Program-made: the position numbers and the translations under genes
Assembly (NCBI GenBank): GCA_043228905.1
Contig: JBHGNT010000003.1
Location: 15,190,001-15,254,000, forward strand
Source: Azolla caroliniana
Taxonomy: Eukaryota; Plantae; Polypodiophyta
Reading direction: 5' to 3'
Length of the DNA stretch: 64,000 nucleotides
Part shown: piece by piece, positions 50,992 to 63,096 of the stretch
How positions within the stretch are numbered: position 1 is the stretch's first letter
Layout: each line of letters begins with the position of its first letter
The notes under the pieces: model-generated
Database searches by the model: none
Told to the model about the DNA's origin: nothing
The model's input: the letters and a program-made list of their open reading frames with translations, nothing else

Positions 50992-53900
50992 TGTTGGAAA
51001 TCGACGCTTCGATTCACCTTCACCACTGGGCCACAACCGAGTAATCGCGAATCAATGCAGCAGAAAATAGGAACCAAAGAGAGAAACACACGAATACACA
51101 GGGATTAACGTGGAAAACCCTAGATGGGAAAAACCACGGGAGTACAAGACTCCAAACTAACACTATACAAAGAGAAGTATACAATGGCGAGCTGCAAGGC
51201 GACGACCTTGAGCTCGCTGTCCTCGCCACAGACGGCGGAAATACACAGAGGCGTCGTCCTCTTCCTCTCTCGCGCTCTATCTCTCTCTCTCTCTCTCTCA
51301 CGGCTGCTCCCTCTTCACTCCTCTTGAGTGGAAAAACAGAAAAATGATCAGCAACACTAAAACTATTTGCCCTAAGTCATATTTATACATATATGACTTT
51401 GGGGCTATTTACAACCATAGCCTCAGGGGCCCTTAGCAGACATATTCACGGATATGTCCCTGCATCCGGATCTCTCTCCGGGTACATTCGTCATCCGGCT
51501 CCGAAGTCGGGGTCTTCATCATCCGGTTCCGAAACCGAAACCGGGCTTGTCGGCATTCATCTCCGACATCCGACCATCCCATCCGAAGGGACCGTAATCC
51601 CAACAAACTCCCCCTTCACTTCGGCATGGGATGTCTCTCCAATCCGATCCTCTTCCGGCATGCTTCCAGCTTGTCGGGTGTGAGCACCTTGGTCAGCATA
51701 TCCGACCCGTTCTCGTCTGTGTGGATCTTCGTCAGCACGAACTCCTTGTCTTCTATCCTTTCCCGGATCCAGTGATATCTTCGCTGGATGTGCTTCGTCC
51801 GGGAGTGATAGGCCGCGTTCTTCGCAAGGTGGATTGCACTCTGACTGTCGCAGTAGAGTCGGTACTCCTCCTGCCGGATACCGAGCTCTCTAATGAAGTC
51901 CTTCATCCATATTATTTCCTTGCCGGCTTCAACAGCCGCCATGTACTCCGCCTCCGTGGTTGACAACACAACCGTCTTCTGCAGCCTCGACTGCCATGAA
52001 ACAGCTCCCCCTGCATACGTCATCACATACCCTGATGTGGACCGGCTGGTATCTGCATCAGCCGACATATCCGAATCGGTGAAGACGTCGAGTTCGGGCT
52101 TACCCGAGCCGAATCGGAGGCACACGTTTGCCGTGCCCTTCAGGTATCGGAGTATCCACTTGACCGCGTTCCAATGCTCCTTGCCGGGATTGCTCATGTA
52201 CCGGCTCACCACTCCGACTGCATATCCTATGTCCGGTCTCGTACACACCATGGCGTACATCAAGCTCCCGACGGCTGAGGCATACGACACTTTCATCATA
52301 TCCTCCTTTTCAGCCTTTGTCTTGGGACTTTGCTTGCTGGACAGCTTGCAGTTTGCCGGGAGGGTCGATCCGACCGGTCTTGCTTCCGACATGTTGAACC
52401 GGTGAAGCACCTTCGTCACGTACTTCTCCTGTGACAGCCACAACTGCTTCTTCTTCCGGTCCCGGATGATGTGCATCCCTAGTATTTGCCTCGCCGGACC
52501 CAGGTCCTTCATTGAGAAGGTTCGGTGAAGAGCCTTCTTCAGCATCCGTATCTTGACCTGGTCCCGTCCGACGATCAGCATGTCGTCTACGTACAGGAGG
52601 AGTATTAGAAAGTCTCCTCCTTCGAACTTCTTCACAAACACGCAGTGGTCGGACTGCGTTTTGAGGTACCCTTCGTCGGTCATGAAGGAGTCGAACTTCC
52701 GGTACCATTGCCGGGGAGCCTACTTCAGTCCGTAAAGGCTCTTCTTCAACCGGCATACCAGGTGCTCCTTCCCTTTCTTCTCGAATCCTTCCGGTTGCTG
52801 CATGTAGATCTCTTCTTCGAGGTCACCGTGAAGGAATGCCGTCTTCACGTCCATCTGTTCTACCTCGAGGTCCATGCTTGCCGCTATGCTCAGCACCGTC
52901 CGGATGGAGGTCATCTTCACTACCGGGGCAAGTATCTCGTCGAAGTCGACGCCCTTCTTCTGCTGAAACCCCTTCACCACGATCCTGGCTTTGTATCTCG
53001 GGGGGTTTCCGGCATCTCCCGGTTTCAGCTTGAACACCCACTTGTTTCGAAGTGCCCGCTTTCCTTTCGGCAACTCCACAAGTTTATATGTGTGGTTCTC
53101 ATGCAGGGAATCCATCTCGTCCTGCATGGCACTCAACCACCTGCGGCTCTGGGTGTCATGCTTTGCTTCTTCAAAGCTCTCCGGCTCCCCTTCGTCGGTT
53201 AGCAGCACATGCTCTGGTTCCGGAAATCTCCGGGGGGCCCTTCTCTCTCTTAGAGGATATCTCCGTTCGGGAGCTTCGGTAACCGGTTCTTCCGATTCTT
53301 CTTCTTCATCCGAATCCATTTCGGGATCGGGGCCGGTTCCGGTATCGTTTTCATCTTCTTCGGCCGGTTCTGTTTCTTCACCGTCTTCGGCCGGATCCTC
53401 GAGTGCTAACCGGTCCCTTGCCGGTCGGGACTGCTCCTCGTAGAGTTGATCCTCACCGGTCGACTTGGAGCTCTTCATCTTCTTCTCCGACTCCCAGTCG
53501 GCGAGTGTCTTGTCCTCCATGAAGATGATGTCTCGACTCCTGAATATCTTCTTGTCGACCGGGTTCCATACTCGGTAGCCGAACTCATCGTCGCCGTAAC
53601 CGAGGAATATGCATGGCCGGGTCTTTGGATCTAGCTTTCCTCTCCGGTCCTTTGCCACATGCACGTATGCGAGACACCCGAACACCTTCAGATGCCGGTA
53701 GGATACTTCCCTACCGGTCCACACTCTCTGCGGCGTGTCTCCGTCCAAAGGTACTGAGGGTGATCTGTTTATCACGTATGTCGCCGTCGACATTGGCTCA
53801 GCCCAAAACCCCTTGGGTAATTTCGCATGCGCCAGCATACTCCGGACCCTCTCCATTATGGTCCGGTTCATCCTCTCGGCCAGCCCGTTCAGTTCCGGCG

Positions 53901-56336
53901 TCTTCGGCACAGTAAACTCGAGTCGGATTCCCTTCGAGCGACAGTACTCCGCGAACTGCCCCCGGTATTCCCCTCCGTTATCCGCTCGTATCGCTTTCAG
54001 CTTCTTGCCGGATTCCCTTTCCACTCTCGCGTGAAGTTCTTTGAAGACGCACAACACTTGGTCCTTTGTCTTCAACGGTGCCGTCCACAGCTTCCGTCTG
54101 TGGTCATCAATGAATGTCACGAAGTACTGGGCTCCGCCATGTGACTTCGTTTCTACCTGACACACATCAGTGTGCACCAGCTCCAATGGTGCACTACGTC
54201 TCGTCGGTGGCCTTGAGTGGAAGGAGGTTCGGTTCTGCTTACCGGCCAGGCAATCGGTGCACTTCTCCAGGTGCACATGCTTCACTGGAATGAGGTTGTC
54301 TTCTGCAAGCCTCTTCATCCCCTTCTCACTCATGTGACACAGTCTTTTGTGCCACAGCTCACCGGCAGTGTCGGCTGCCACATTCAGCTCTTCCGGACAT
54401 AACCGGGCATTCATCAGGTACAGTGTGTTGACCTTCCGGGCCCGAGCCACTATCAGGCTCCCCTTGCTGAACTTCATGACACCGTTCCGGATGCTACCCA
54501 TGTAGCCTTCATCATCTAGCCTCCCGGCCGAGATCAGGTTCAATCGAACCTCCGGAATGTGTCGGACATCCTTCAGCAGCATTTTGCATCCGGTCGGGGT
54601 TGTCAACCACACGTCTCCTATGCCGGCAATCCGGCACGTACCTTCACTTCCCATCCGAACACAGCCATGCTCACCGACTGTGTAGGATGAGAAATATCTT
54701 CTCTCCGGGGTCAGGTGGAACGATGCTCCGGAATCGACCACCCAGGTCGTCTCATCGCCGGCAATGTTTAGTTCACCTTCTTCGGTGATGAGCATGATTT
54801 CTTCCTCACTTGCCGCGAGTGCCGTTGTTCCTTTCCAGTCCTGCCCTCGCCGATCCGAACCTCTCCGGTCCGTGGCTCCCCGGTATGCACCGTTTCTCTC
54901 CGGTGACTTCTTCGAATCGGTGTCGTCGGCTCCGTTGTCTTTTTGGTAATGCCGACAATTCTTTCGGAAGTGCCCCGGCTTCCCACAGTGGAAGCATGTG
55001 GGCCTTCCTCTTGACTGCGACTGGGTCCCCGACTTCTCCCGTCTTTGCGGACTCCGGTTCCATTGTATTCCCCGATCCGATTCGGTAAGCAGCGCCTTCG
55101 AGTCGGAGGCCGGTTCTTTGTCTCTCCGACGCGCTTCTTCGTTCAAAATACTTGTCTTTACCGTTTGTAAGGACAAGTTATCTTCGGTGCAGGAGGTGCT
55201 GAGAGTCACCACCAAGTTCTCCCAGCTTTCCGGCAATGTACACATCAGGATGATGGCTTGCATTGCATCCTCCAATGGGAACTTGATCGCCCCAAGCTGG
55301 TTCACGAATCCCATGAACGTGCTTACGTGTTCCACCATACTCTCGCCGTCCCGATACTTGAGGTTCACTATCTTCCTCATCAGGGAGGTCCGGTTCAACG
55401 CATTCTTCCTCTCGTAGAGGCCCGACAGCTTCTTCCACATCTCATATGCGTTGGTGTCGTTCGCCACATGTTGTAGGACGCTTACATCGACATATTGTCG
55501 GATCGTCGCTACGGCTTTCCGGTTCAGGAGCTTCCACTCCGACTCAAGTACCCCTTTCGGTATTTCCGACCTGTCAATCGGTTCGTACAGGTCCCGAACA
55601 ATCAGAAGATCCTCCATCTTGATCTTCCAGTCGGCGTAATTCTGCGCATTCAGCACCATCATCCCCGGCTGCCCGCTGCCGCCGCCTTCCATTTTCTGCA
55701 ACAGCTCACTCTGATACCAGATTGTTGGGAACCGACGCTTCGATTCACCTTCACCACTCGGCCACAACCGAGTAATCGCGAATCAATGCAGCAGAAAATA
55801 GGAACCAAAGAGAGAAACACACGAATACACAGGGATTAACGTGGAAAACCCTAGATGGGAAAAACCACGGGAGTACAAGACTCCAAACTAACACTATACA
55901 AAGAGAAGTATACAATGGCGAGCTGCAAGGCGACGACCTTGAGCTCGCTGTCCTCGCCACAGACGGCGGAAATACACAGAGGCGTCGTCCTCTTCCTCTC
56001 TCGCGCTCTATCTCTCTCTCTCTCTCTCTCACGGCTGCTCCCTCTTCACTCCTCTTGAGTGGAAAAACAGAAAAATGATCAGCAACACTAAAACTATTTG
56101 CCCTAAGTCATATTTATACATATATGACTTTGGGGCTATTTACAACCATAGCCTCAGGGGCCCTTAGCAGACATATTCACGGATATGTCCCTGCATCCGG
56201 ATCTCTCTCCGGGTACATTCGTCATCCGGCTCCGAAGTCGGGGTCTTCATCATCCGGTTCCGAAACCGAAACCGGGCTTGTCGGCATTCATCTCCGACAT
56301 CCGACCATCCCATCCGAAGGGACCGTAATCCCAACA
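50992..56336 (-). mobile_element. Full-length young Ty1/Copia retrotransposon, copy B
   Basis: 614-bp LTRs at 50992-51605 and 55723-56336 (about 3 differences seen), TSD GTACC, PBS at 55719-55708, PPT; near-identical to copy A. Confidence 0.98.
51616..55692 (-). pseudogene. Copia polyprotein (copy B) with the same in-frame TAG at 52720-52722
   Basis: Same domain order and the same SLYGLK*APRQWY as copy A. Confidence 0.95.
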
Positions 56337-57269
56337 GTACCATCAACTTTGGCAAGGAGACTAATCTTTGGTTCTCGAGGGGAGTTTTGAGCCCCCGACG
56401 CTTGTTCCCGTAATCACAATAGAGTAGCCTCGAGTTGGTAAACCCGTTGTGATAATTCTTGAACTTGTTGAGCTCTTTCAGTACTCACTTGTTGTAGGTC
56501 GCCCAATAGCCTTTGATTTTCATGCTCTAATGCGACAAATTTATTCGTGAGCATGTCGAGCTCGGAGAGAACACGGATATATTCTTGTTTGCTCACGAAC
56601 TCCATGAGGAACGAGGGGAGAGGGGAAGAAATAAGAGAACTTGTGGAAGAGGGAGAAAATGGAAAAAAATTGGTTCAAACTGTCAAGACAAAGAGAAAAA
56701 GAGAACAAAGAGAGAGAAAAAAAGGAAAGAGATAAATTGATGAGGCAGAAAGAGAGAATTGAAAAGAAAGTATTGTATTGCAATATAAGATGGAGTACAT
56801 AGAGTAGGCAATTGGGAGCTATAGGATGGTGTTGAACCAATTTGGTTTTTGGATGGTTGATAACTCCTTGTTTATAACTCTCTATAGAGTAATCTAGAAC
56901 ACTCTAGAAATTTATGGGGTAATCGAGTAATCTAGAAGGTTTATAGCATATTTTAGAAGGTTCTAGCATATAGAACACTCTAGAATACTCTAGGACATTC
57001 TAGAATATAAAGTAATTCAGAATATCCTTATGATATTAGATTATATATTCTAAAAACAATACATATTAACTTGTTATTACAATGGTTAAGGAGTTGACAT
57101 GCGTATAACAAGGTTGTGGGTTCAATTCCTTTCCAGACAAATGGTGAGTGTCGTCATGATACGCTCCAATCGACCTTGGTGTTCCTCCTCTCTGGCATCT
57201 TCTCCAACCTCAACCCGCCAATGACCACCCATTTCGCACTCGTTCCGACCACAAGGTCTATAAACATAA

Positions 57270-60200
57270 CTTCGATCTCAGGCAAGGGTGCGATGGGCGG
57301 GGCGAATCCGATGTCATCTCGCAGGGCATTGCCGCCTAAGATCTCACACCACCATATCCTAAATGGTTTCCTCGTTCCCCTACCTCCTCTACCGCTTTTG
57401 ATCCCTTGGGGGGTATAGTCGGTCGTCCGCGAGGCAGGGCGAATATCATCATATGATCTCTACTCCGACTGCATTGTTAGGTATTGCCGCCCATAAGCAA
57501 ACGAATTTCGTTGCAACCCCTGTACTACCGACAAAGTCGGGCCTCGTTTTCGACATTCCGGTCCATGCTCCGAACGAGTTGTACGATCGATACTTTCAAC
57601 ACGATGATGTTATTGTAGTATAGTGGTGAGTATTCCCGCCAGTCACGTAGGTGATCCGGGTTCGATCGCCAGCAACGGCACGAAGGGCAGGGCATATACG
57701 ATGTCATCTCCTAGGGCATTTCCGCCTAGGATTCCGCACCGCTATATACTCAATTCTTTCCTCATTTCCCCGAATCCTATACCCATTTCGAGACCTTAGG
57801 GAGTACAGTCGGTTGTCCGCGAGGCAGGGCGCATGTCAACATATGATCTTTCTTGTCCAACGACACTTCTCGGTATTACCGCCCATAAGCGGACGAATTT
57901 CGTTGCAAACTTTGTACTGCCGACGAAGCCGGGCCTCGTTTTCAACATTCAGGTCCATACTCCGAACGAGTTATACGATCAAAACATCCAACACGACGAT
58001 GTCGTTGTAGTATAGTTGTGAAAATTTCCGCCTGTCATGCGGGTGGCCCGTGTTTGATCCTCGGCAACGGCACGAAGGGTGGGGAGAATGCGATGTCATC
58101 TCCTAGGGGATTGCTGCATTGCATCCCGGACCGCCATATCCTCAATGCTTTCCTCGTTCTCCCGAACCCTCTACCCTTTCCAGCCCATAAGGGGTACAAT
58201 TGGTCGTTCGGGAGGAAGGGCGCATGTCATTGTATGATCTCTCTTGTCCGACTACACTCCTGGGTATTGTCCCCATAAGCGGACGAATTTCAATGCAACC
58301 CGTGTACTGGCGAAGAAGCCAGGCGTCATTTTCAACATTCGGGTCCATGGGACAAACGAGTTGTACGAGTTGTAGTATACTCGTGAGTATTCCCGCCTGT
58401 CACACAGGTGATCTAGGTTCGATCCCCGGCAACAGAGGGAAGGGCGGGGCATATCCGATGTCATCTCCTAGGGCATAGCCGCATAGGATCCCGCACCCCC
58501 ATATCGTAAATGCTTTCCTCTATTCCCCGAATCCTCTACCCATTTCGAGCCCTTTGCGGGGTATAGTCGGTTCTCCGCGAGGCAGGACACATGTCAACAT
58601 ATGATCTCTCTCATCCGACTGCACATCTGGGTATTGCCGCCCATAAGCGGATGAATGACGTTGCAAACCTTGTACTGTCGACGAAGTCGGGCCTTGTTTT
58701 CAACATTCGGGTCCATTTTCCGAACGAGTTAAACGATCGATACTGCGAACACGAGGATGTCATTGTAGTAGAGTCGTGAGTATTCTCGCCTGTCATGCAG
58801 GTTACCTAGGTTCGATCCCCGACAACGGCGAGAACAGCTGTGCGAATCCAACGTCATCTCCTAGGGTATTGCTGCCTCAGATCCCACACCGCCCATGGGG
58901 GGTACAGACGATCAACCGGGAGGAAGGGCGCATGTCATCGTATGATCTCTCTCGTGCGACTGCACTCACCGGTATTGTCCCCATCAGCGGACAAATTTCA
59001 TTGCAAACCGTGTACTGGCGACGAAGATGGGCCTCTTTTTCAACATTCAGATCCATGTTCCGAACGAGTTATACCATCGATCATTCCAATACGACGATGT
59101 CGTTGTAGTATAGTGGTGAGTATTCCCGCCTGTCACACGGGTGACCCGGGTTCGATCCCCGGCAACGGTGTGAAGGACAGGGAGAATCCGATGTCATCTC
59201 CTAGGGCATTGCCACGTCGGATCCTGCACCGCCATATCCTAAATGCTTTCCTCGTTCTCCCGAAACCTCTACCCTTTCCAGCCCATGAAGGGTACAATCG
59301 GTCGTCCGGGAGGAAGGGCGCATGTCATCGTATGATCTCTCTCGTCCGACTACACTCGTAGGTATTGTCCCCATAAGCGGACTACACTTGTAGTAGAGTC
59401 GTGAGTATTCTCGCCTGTCACGCAGGTGACCTAGGTTCGATCCCAAGCAACGACGAGAATAACTGTGCGAATCCAACGTCATCTCCTAGGGCATTGCCGC
59501 CTCATATCCCACACCGCCATATCCTCAATGCTTTCCTCGTTCTCCCAAATCCTCTACCCCTTTCTAGCCCATGGCGGGTACAGACGATCAACCGGGAGGA
59601 AGGGCGCATGTCATGGTATGATCTCTCTCGTGTGACTGCACTCACCAATATTGTCACCATAAGCGGACGAATTTCATTGCAAACCGTGTACTGGCGACGA
59701 AGATGGGCCTCTTTTTCAACATTCGGGTCCATGTTCCGAACGGGTTATACGATCGATATTTCCAGCACGACGATGTCGTTGTAGTATAGTGGTGAGTATT
59801 CCCGCCTCTCACACGGGTGACCCGGGTTCGATCCCCGGAAACGCGAAGGACAGGGAGAATCCGATGTCATCTCCTAGGGCATTGCCACGTAGGATCCCGC
59901 ACCGCCATATCCTAAATGCTTTCCTCGTTCTCCCAAAACCTCTACCCATTCCAGCCCATGAGGGGTACAATCGGTCATCCGGGAGGAAGGGCGCATGTCA
60001 TCGTATGATCTCTCTCGTCCGACTACACTCGTAGGTATTGTCCCCATAAGCAGACGAATTTCATTTTTAAGATTCAGGTCCATGCTCCAAACGAGTTGTA
60101 CGATTAATACTTCCCACACTACAATGTCGTTGTAGTATAGTCGTAGGTATTCCCGAATATCACACAGGTGACCCAGGTTCGATCCTCGGAAACGGCGGCG

Positions 60201-61396
60201 CGAAGGGCGGGGCGTATCCGATATCATCTCCTAGGGAATTACTGACTAGGACCCGGCACCGCGGTTTCGAGCCCTTGGGCGGTATAATCGGTCATCCGCG
60301 AGGCAAGACGCATGTCATTATAAAACCTCTCGTCCGACTGCACTGTTGGGTATTGCCACCGATAAGCGGACGAATTTCGTTGCAACCCCTATACTGCCAA
60401 CGAAGTCGAGCCTCTTTTTCGACATTCGGGTCCATGCTCCGAACGAGTTGTACGATCGATACTTCCCACACAATGATGTCGTTGTAGTATAGTGGTGAGT
60501 ATTCCCGCCTGTCACACGGGTGACATGGCTTTGATGCCCGGCAACGGCCGGAAGGGTGGGGCGAATCCGATGTCAAATCCTAGGGCATTACCGCCTAGCC
60601 TCCGGCACCGACATATGCTCAATACTTTCCTCATTCCCCTGAATCCTGTACCCCTTTCGAGCCCTTGGGGGGTACAATCCGTCGTCCGTGAGGCAAGGTG
60701 CATGTCATCATTAAATCTCTCATCCGACTCTACTATAAGGTATTGTCGCCCATAAGCAGACGAATTTCGTTGCAACTCCTGTACTGCCGACGAAGACGGG
60801 CCTCTTTTTGACATTCGGGTACATGGTCCGACCGAGTCGTACGATCGATACTTCCCACACAATGATGTCGTTGTAGTATAGTGGTGAGTATTCTTGCCTA
60901 TCACATGGCAGGTCGCATATCCTCAAATAATCTCTCATCCGATTGCACTACTGGGTATTGTTGCCCATAAGCAGACGAATTTCGTTGCAACCCTTGGACT
61001 ATCGCCGAAGACGGGCTTCATTTTTGACATTCGGGTCCATATTCCGAACGAGTTGTACGATCGATACTTCAAAACAAGAGGATGTCGTTGTAATATAGTG
61101 GTGCGTATTCTCGCCGGTCACGCGGGTGACACGGGTTCGATCCCCGGTAACAGCACAAAGGGCGGGGTGAATCCGATGTCATCTCCTACGGCATTGCCGC
61201 CTAGGTTTCCGCACCGCAATATCCTCAATGGTTTCCTCTACCCCTTTCGAGCAGTTGGGGGGTACAGTCGGCAGGGCGCATATCGTCATATGATATCTCG
61301 TCGGACTACACTCATGGGTATTGCGGACAAATTTTGTTTCTACCCCCTGTATTGGAAACAAAACTGGGCCTCGTATTCGACAGTCCGGTTGATCAA
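57270..61396 (+). repeat. tRNA-Asp(GTC)-containing tandem satellite, block 2 (~11 tRNA-like copies)
   Basis: Copies start near 57609, 58001, 58368, 58759, 59099, 59388, 59775, 60126, 60478, 60867 (partial) and 61084. Confidence 0.95.
59099..59170 (+). tRNA. trnD-GUC: tRNA-Asp(GTC), best-preserved copy in the array (possibly a pseudogene)
   Basis: GTCGTTGTAGTATAGTGGTGAGTATTCCCGCCTGTCACACGGGTGACCCGGGTTCGATCCCCGGCAACGGTG has intact A and B boxes. It has one anticodon-stem mismatch, one G-U pair in the acceptor stem and no adjacent T-run terminator. Confidence 0.55.
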
Positions 61397-62767
61397 TGTT
61401 AATCCTAGGCCCGGACAACAGCCTAACACAGGTTGTCCACTTAAGACACTTCACCAAAGGATGTTACGGCAGGATGACTTACGACACAACGTTTAATTAG
61501 ACCTGAATCGATTACTTAGCAACACATCATTAACACGCGTAAGATATAACAAAGAGTATAGAACAGTAATCAATACTGAAAGATTAAGGCAATAAGTTCT
61601 ATTAATTATCCGGTGTTGATTACATTGTAACCGGGCCTTTATATAGGTCTCCGGTGCGAAGTACAAAACGGTGCCAACCGGCACCTTTTCGGGATTGGTC
61701 CGGATCCGGATCGGCATACCGATTCCGGTTCGTCTGTCCACATTTTCTCATATATTAATATATATTAAGACTACTAATTACAACACTTCCCGAATAAACT
61801 ATTCCTTTCACACTCTGGTCTGGACCTTCTTAAGCCTTCTTGCCAGCCGGGCAACACATGGCACACTCTTTCTTCTCTGCGTTGTCTTTGTTTTGGTTGT
61901 CGTGGTTGGTCGTCTGTCCAGCCCGTTTGGGCACTCCGGCCACTGTTCAGCTATTACGACCGCTTTGGCCGCTCCTCGGCCACTCCTCGGCCACTCTTTG
62001 GCCGCTCATCCGTCTCCATCTCCCGCCGTTTCGACCGGTTTCCGGCCCTTCTGGTCTCTGTTGGTTTCCGTCTATTCGAGTCCGCGTCTGTGTCTCTTCT
62101 CTGTCTTCTATGGTCCTTCGGTGTTAAGCAACTCTGGTTCCGACTCTCTCGCGTTGTTTCTTCTGGAACCATTGCCCGTGCATTCTCATCACATCCTGCC
62201 GGTCTCCGCTCCACACACTGCGACTTTCTCCGCAGTCTCCTGGTGGGCTTCTCTTTCCGGTCGTGCTGGCAACGGTTCCCTTTGCGTTGCTGTTTGTCCA
62301 GCCGTGCATCTTGCACCACGCTTTTGAGAACACGCACATTGTCGCAAACCGCTTTCGGAAACACGCACATGGACACTAATCGCAACCTCGCACAAACATT
62401 GTTGCCATTCATGCATTCCTCCATAGACTTCTTCCAACATCTTCACCGTCATTTTTGCGTTTCGCCATTTCTTGCAGTTAGTCGCTATGGCTTGCTCATC
62501 CGTGTATCATTCTTCGACTCCGTCTCCAAAGGGGGGTCGCCTTAGTGGTCGCCAAAAGGTGTTGTATGTTTTAGGGTTAACATTTATGATGATTGGTGAT
62601 AAGCATTGGGAGATTGATTATGACATTGATAGTGATGAAGATGGAAATGGTGATGGCGATAAGAATCATTGTGGGTGATAGCATGATGTGCATTGAGAAG
62701 CATTGCGGGGTGGGGGGTGGTGCCTAGAATGGCTCCACCCCCCTCCCAAGGGGGTTTAACGTAAGGG

Positions 62768-62822
<55 letters not shown>

Positions 62823-63091
62823 TGATTATATGTTTCATTCATTCCCCATAAGGCGTTAAATAGTACAAGAGGGGGTAGATACATAGGGGTGTAAGTCCCC
62901 TCGAGCATTCATACTGGACACTCACTCACACTTTCTCGTATCCATCCACATGCACACACGTGTGCATGTGTTCACATACGTATAGACTCACAATTACATT
63001 TATGCCCCCTACACATACACAACAACATCATGATAACATTCGACGCTCGCGTATCACACTTTACTCTCCGTACATCTCGTACAGGGTAACA
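61397..63091 (-). mobile_element. 1.7 kb composite LTR-derived insertion in the satellite
   Basis: TGTTA...TAACA termini with TSD ATCAA (61392-61396 / 63092-63096). On the minus strand it reads LTR-like 63091-62560 with a (CT)n run, PBS-like TGGCGACCAC (~62554), a short internal region, then an LTR of the 11074 family from 61856. Confidence 0.78.
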
Positions 63092-63096
63092 ATCAA

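Larger units (their letters stand above)
50011..57161 (-). mobile_element. Internally deleted chromovirus (LTR 57161-56681 plus gag), duplicate of 45784-47566, split by Copia copy B
   Basis: Flanked by CGCTC at 50006-50010 and 57162-57166. The left flank 49755-50010 duplicates ~45575-45783. Confidence 0.88.

Noticed and set aside
34890-56336. Copia A and B as a segmental duplication or assembly duplicate
   Set aside because: They have different TSDs and host sequences, and variants such as microsatellite length and ccaaacc/ccaaact are shared by both LTRs within each copy.
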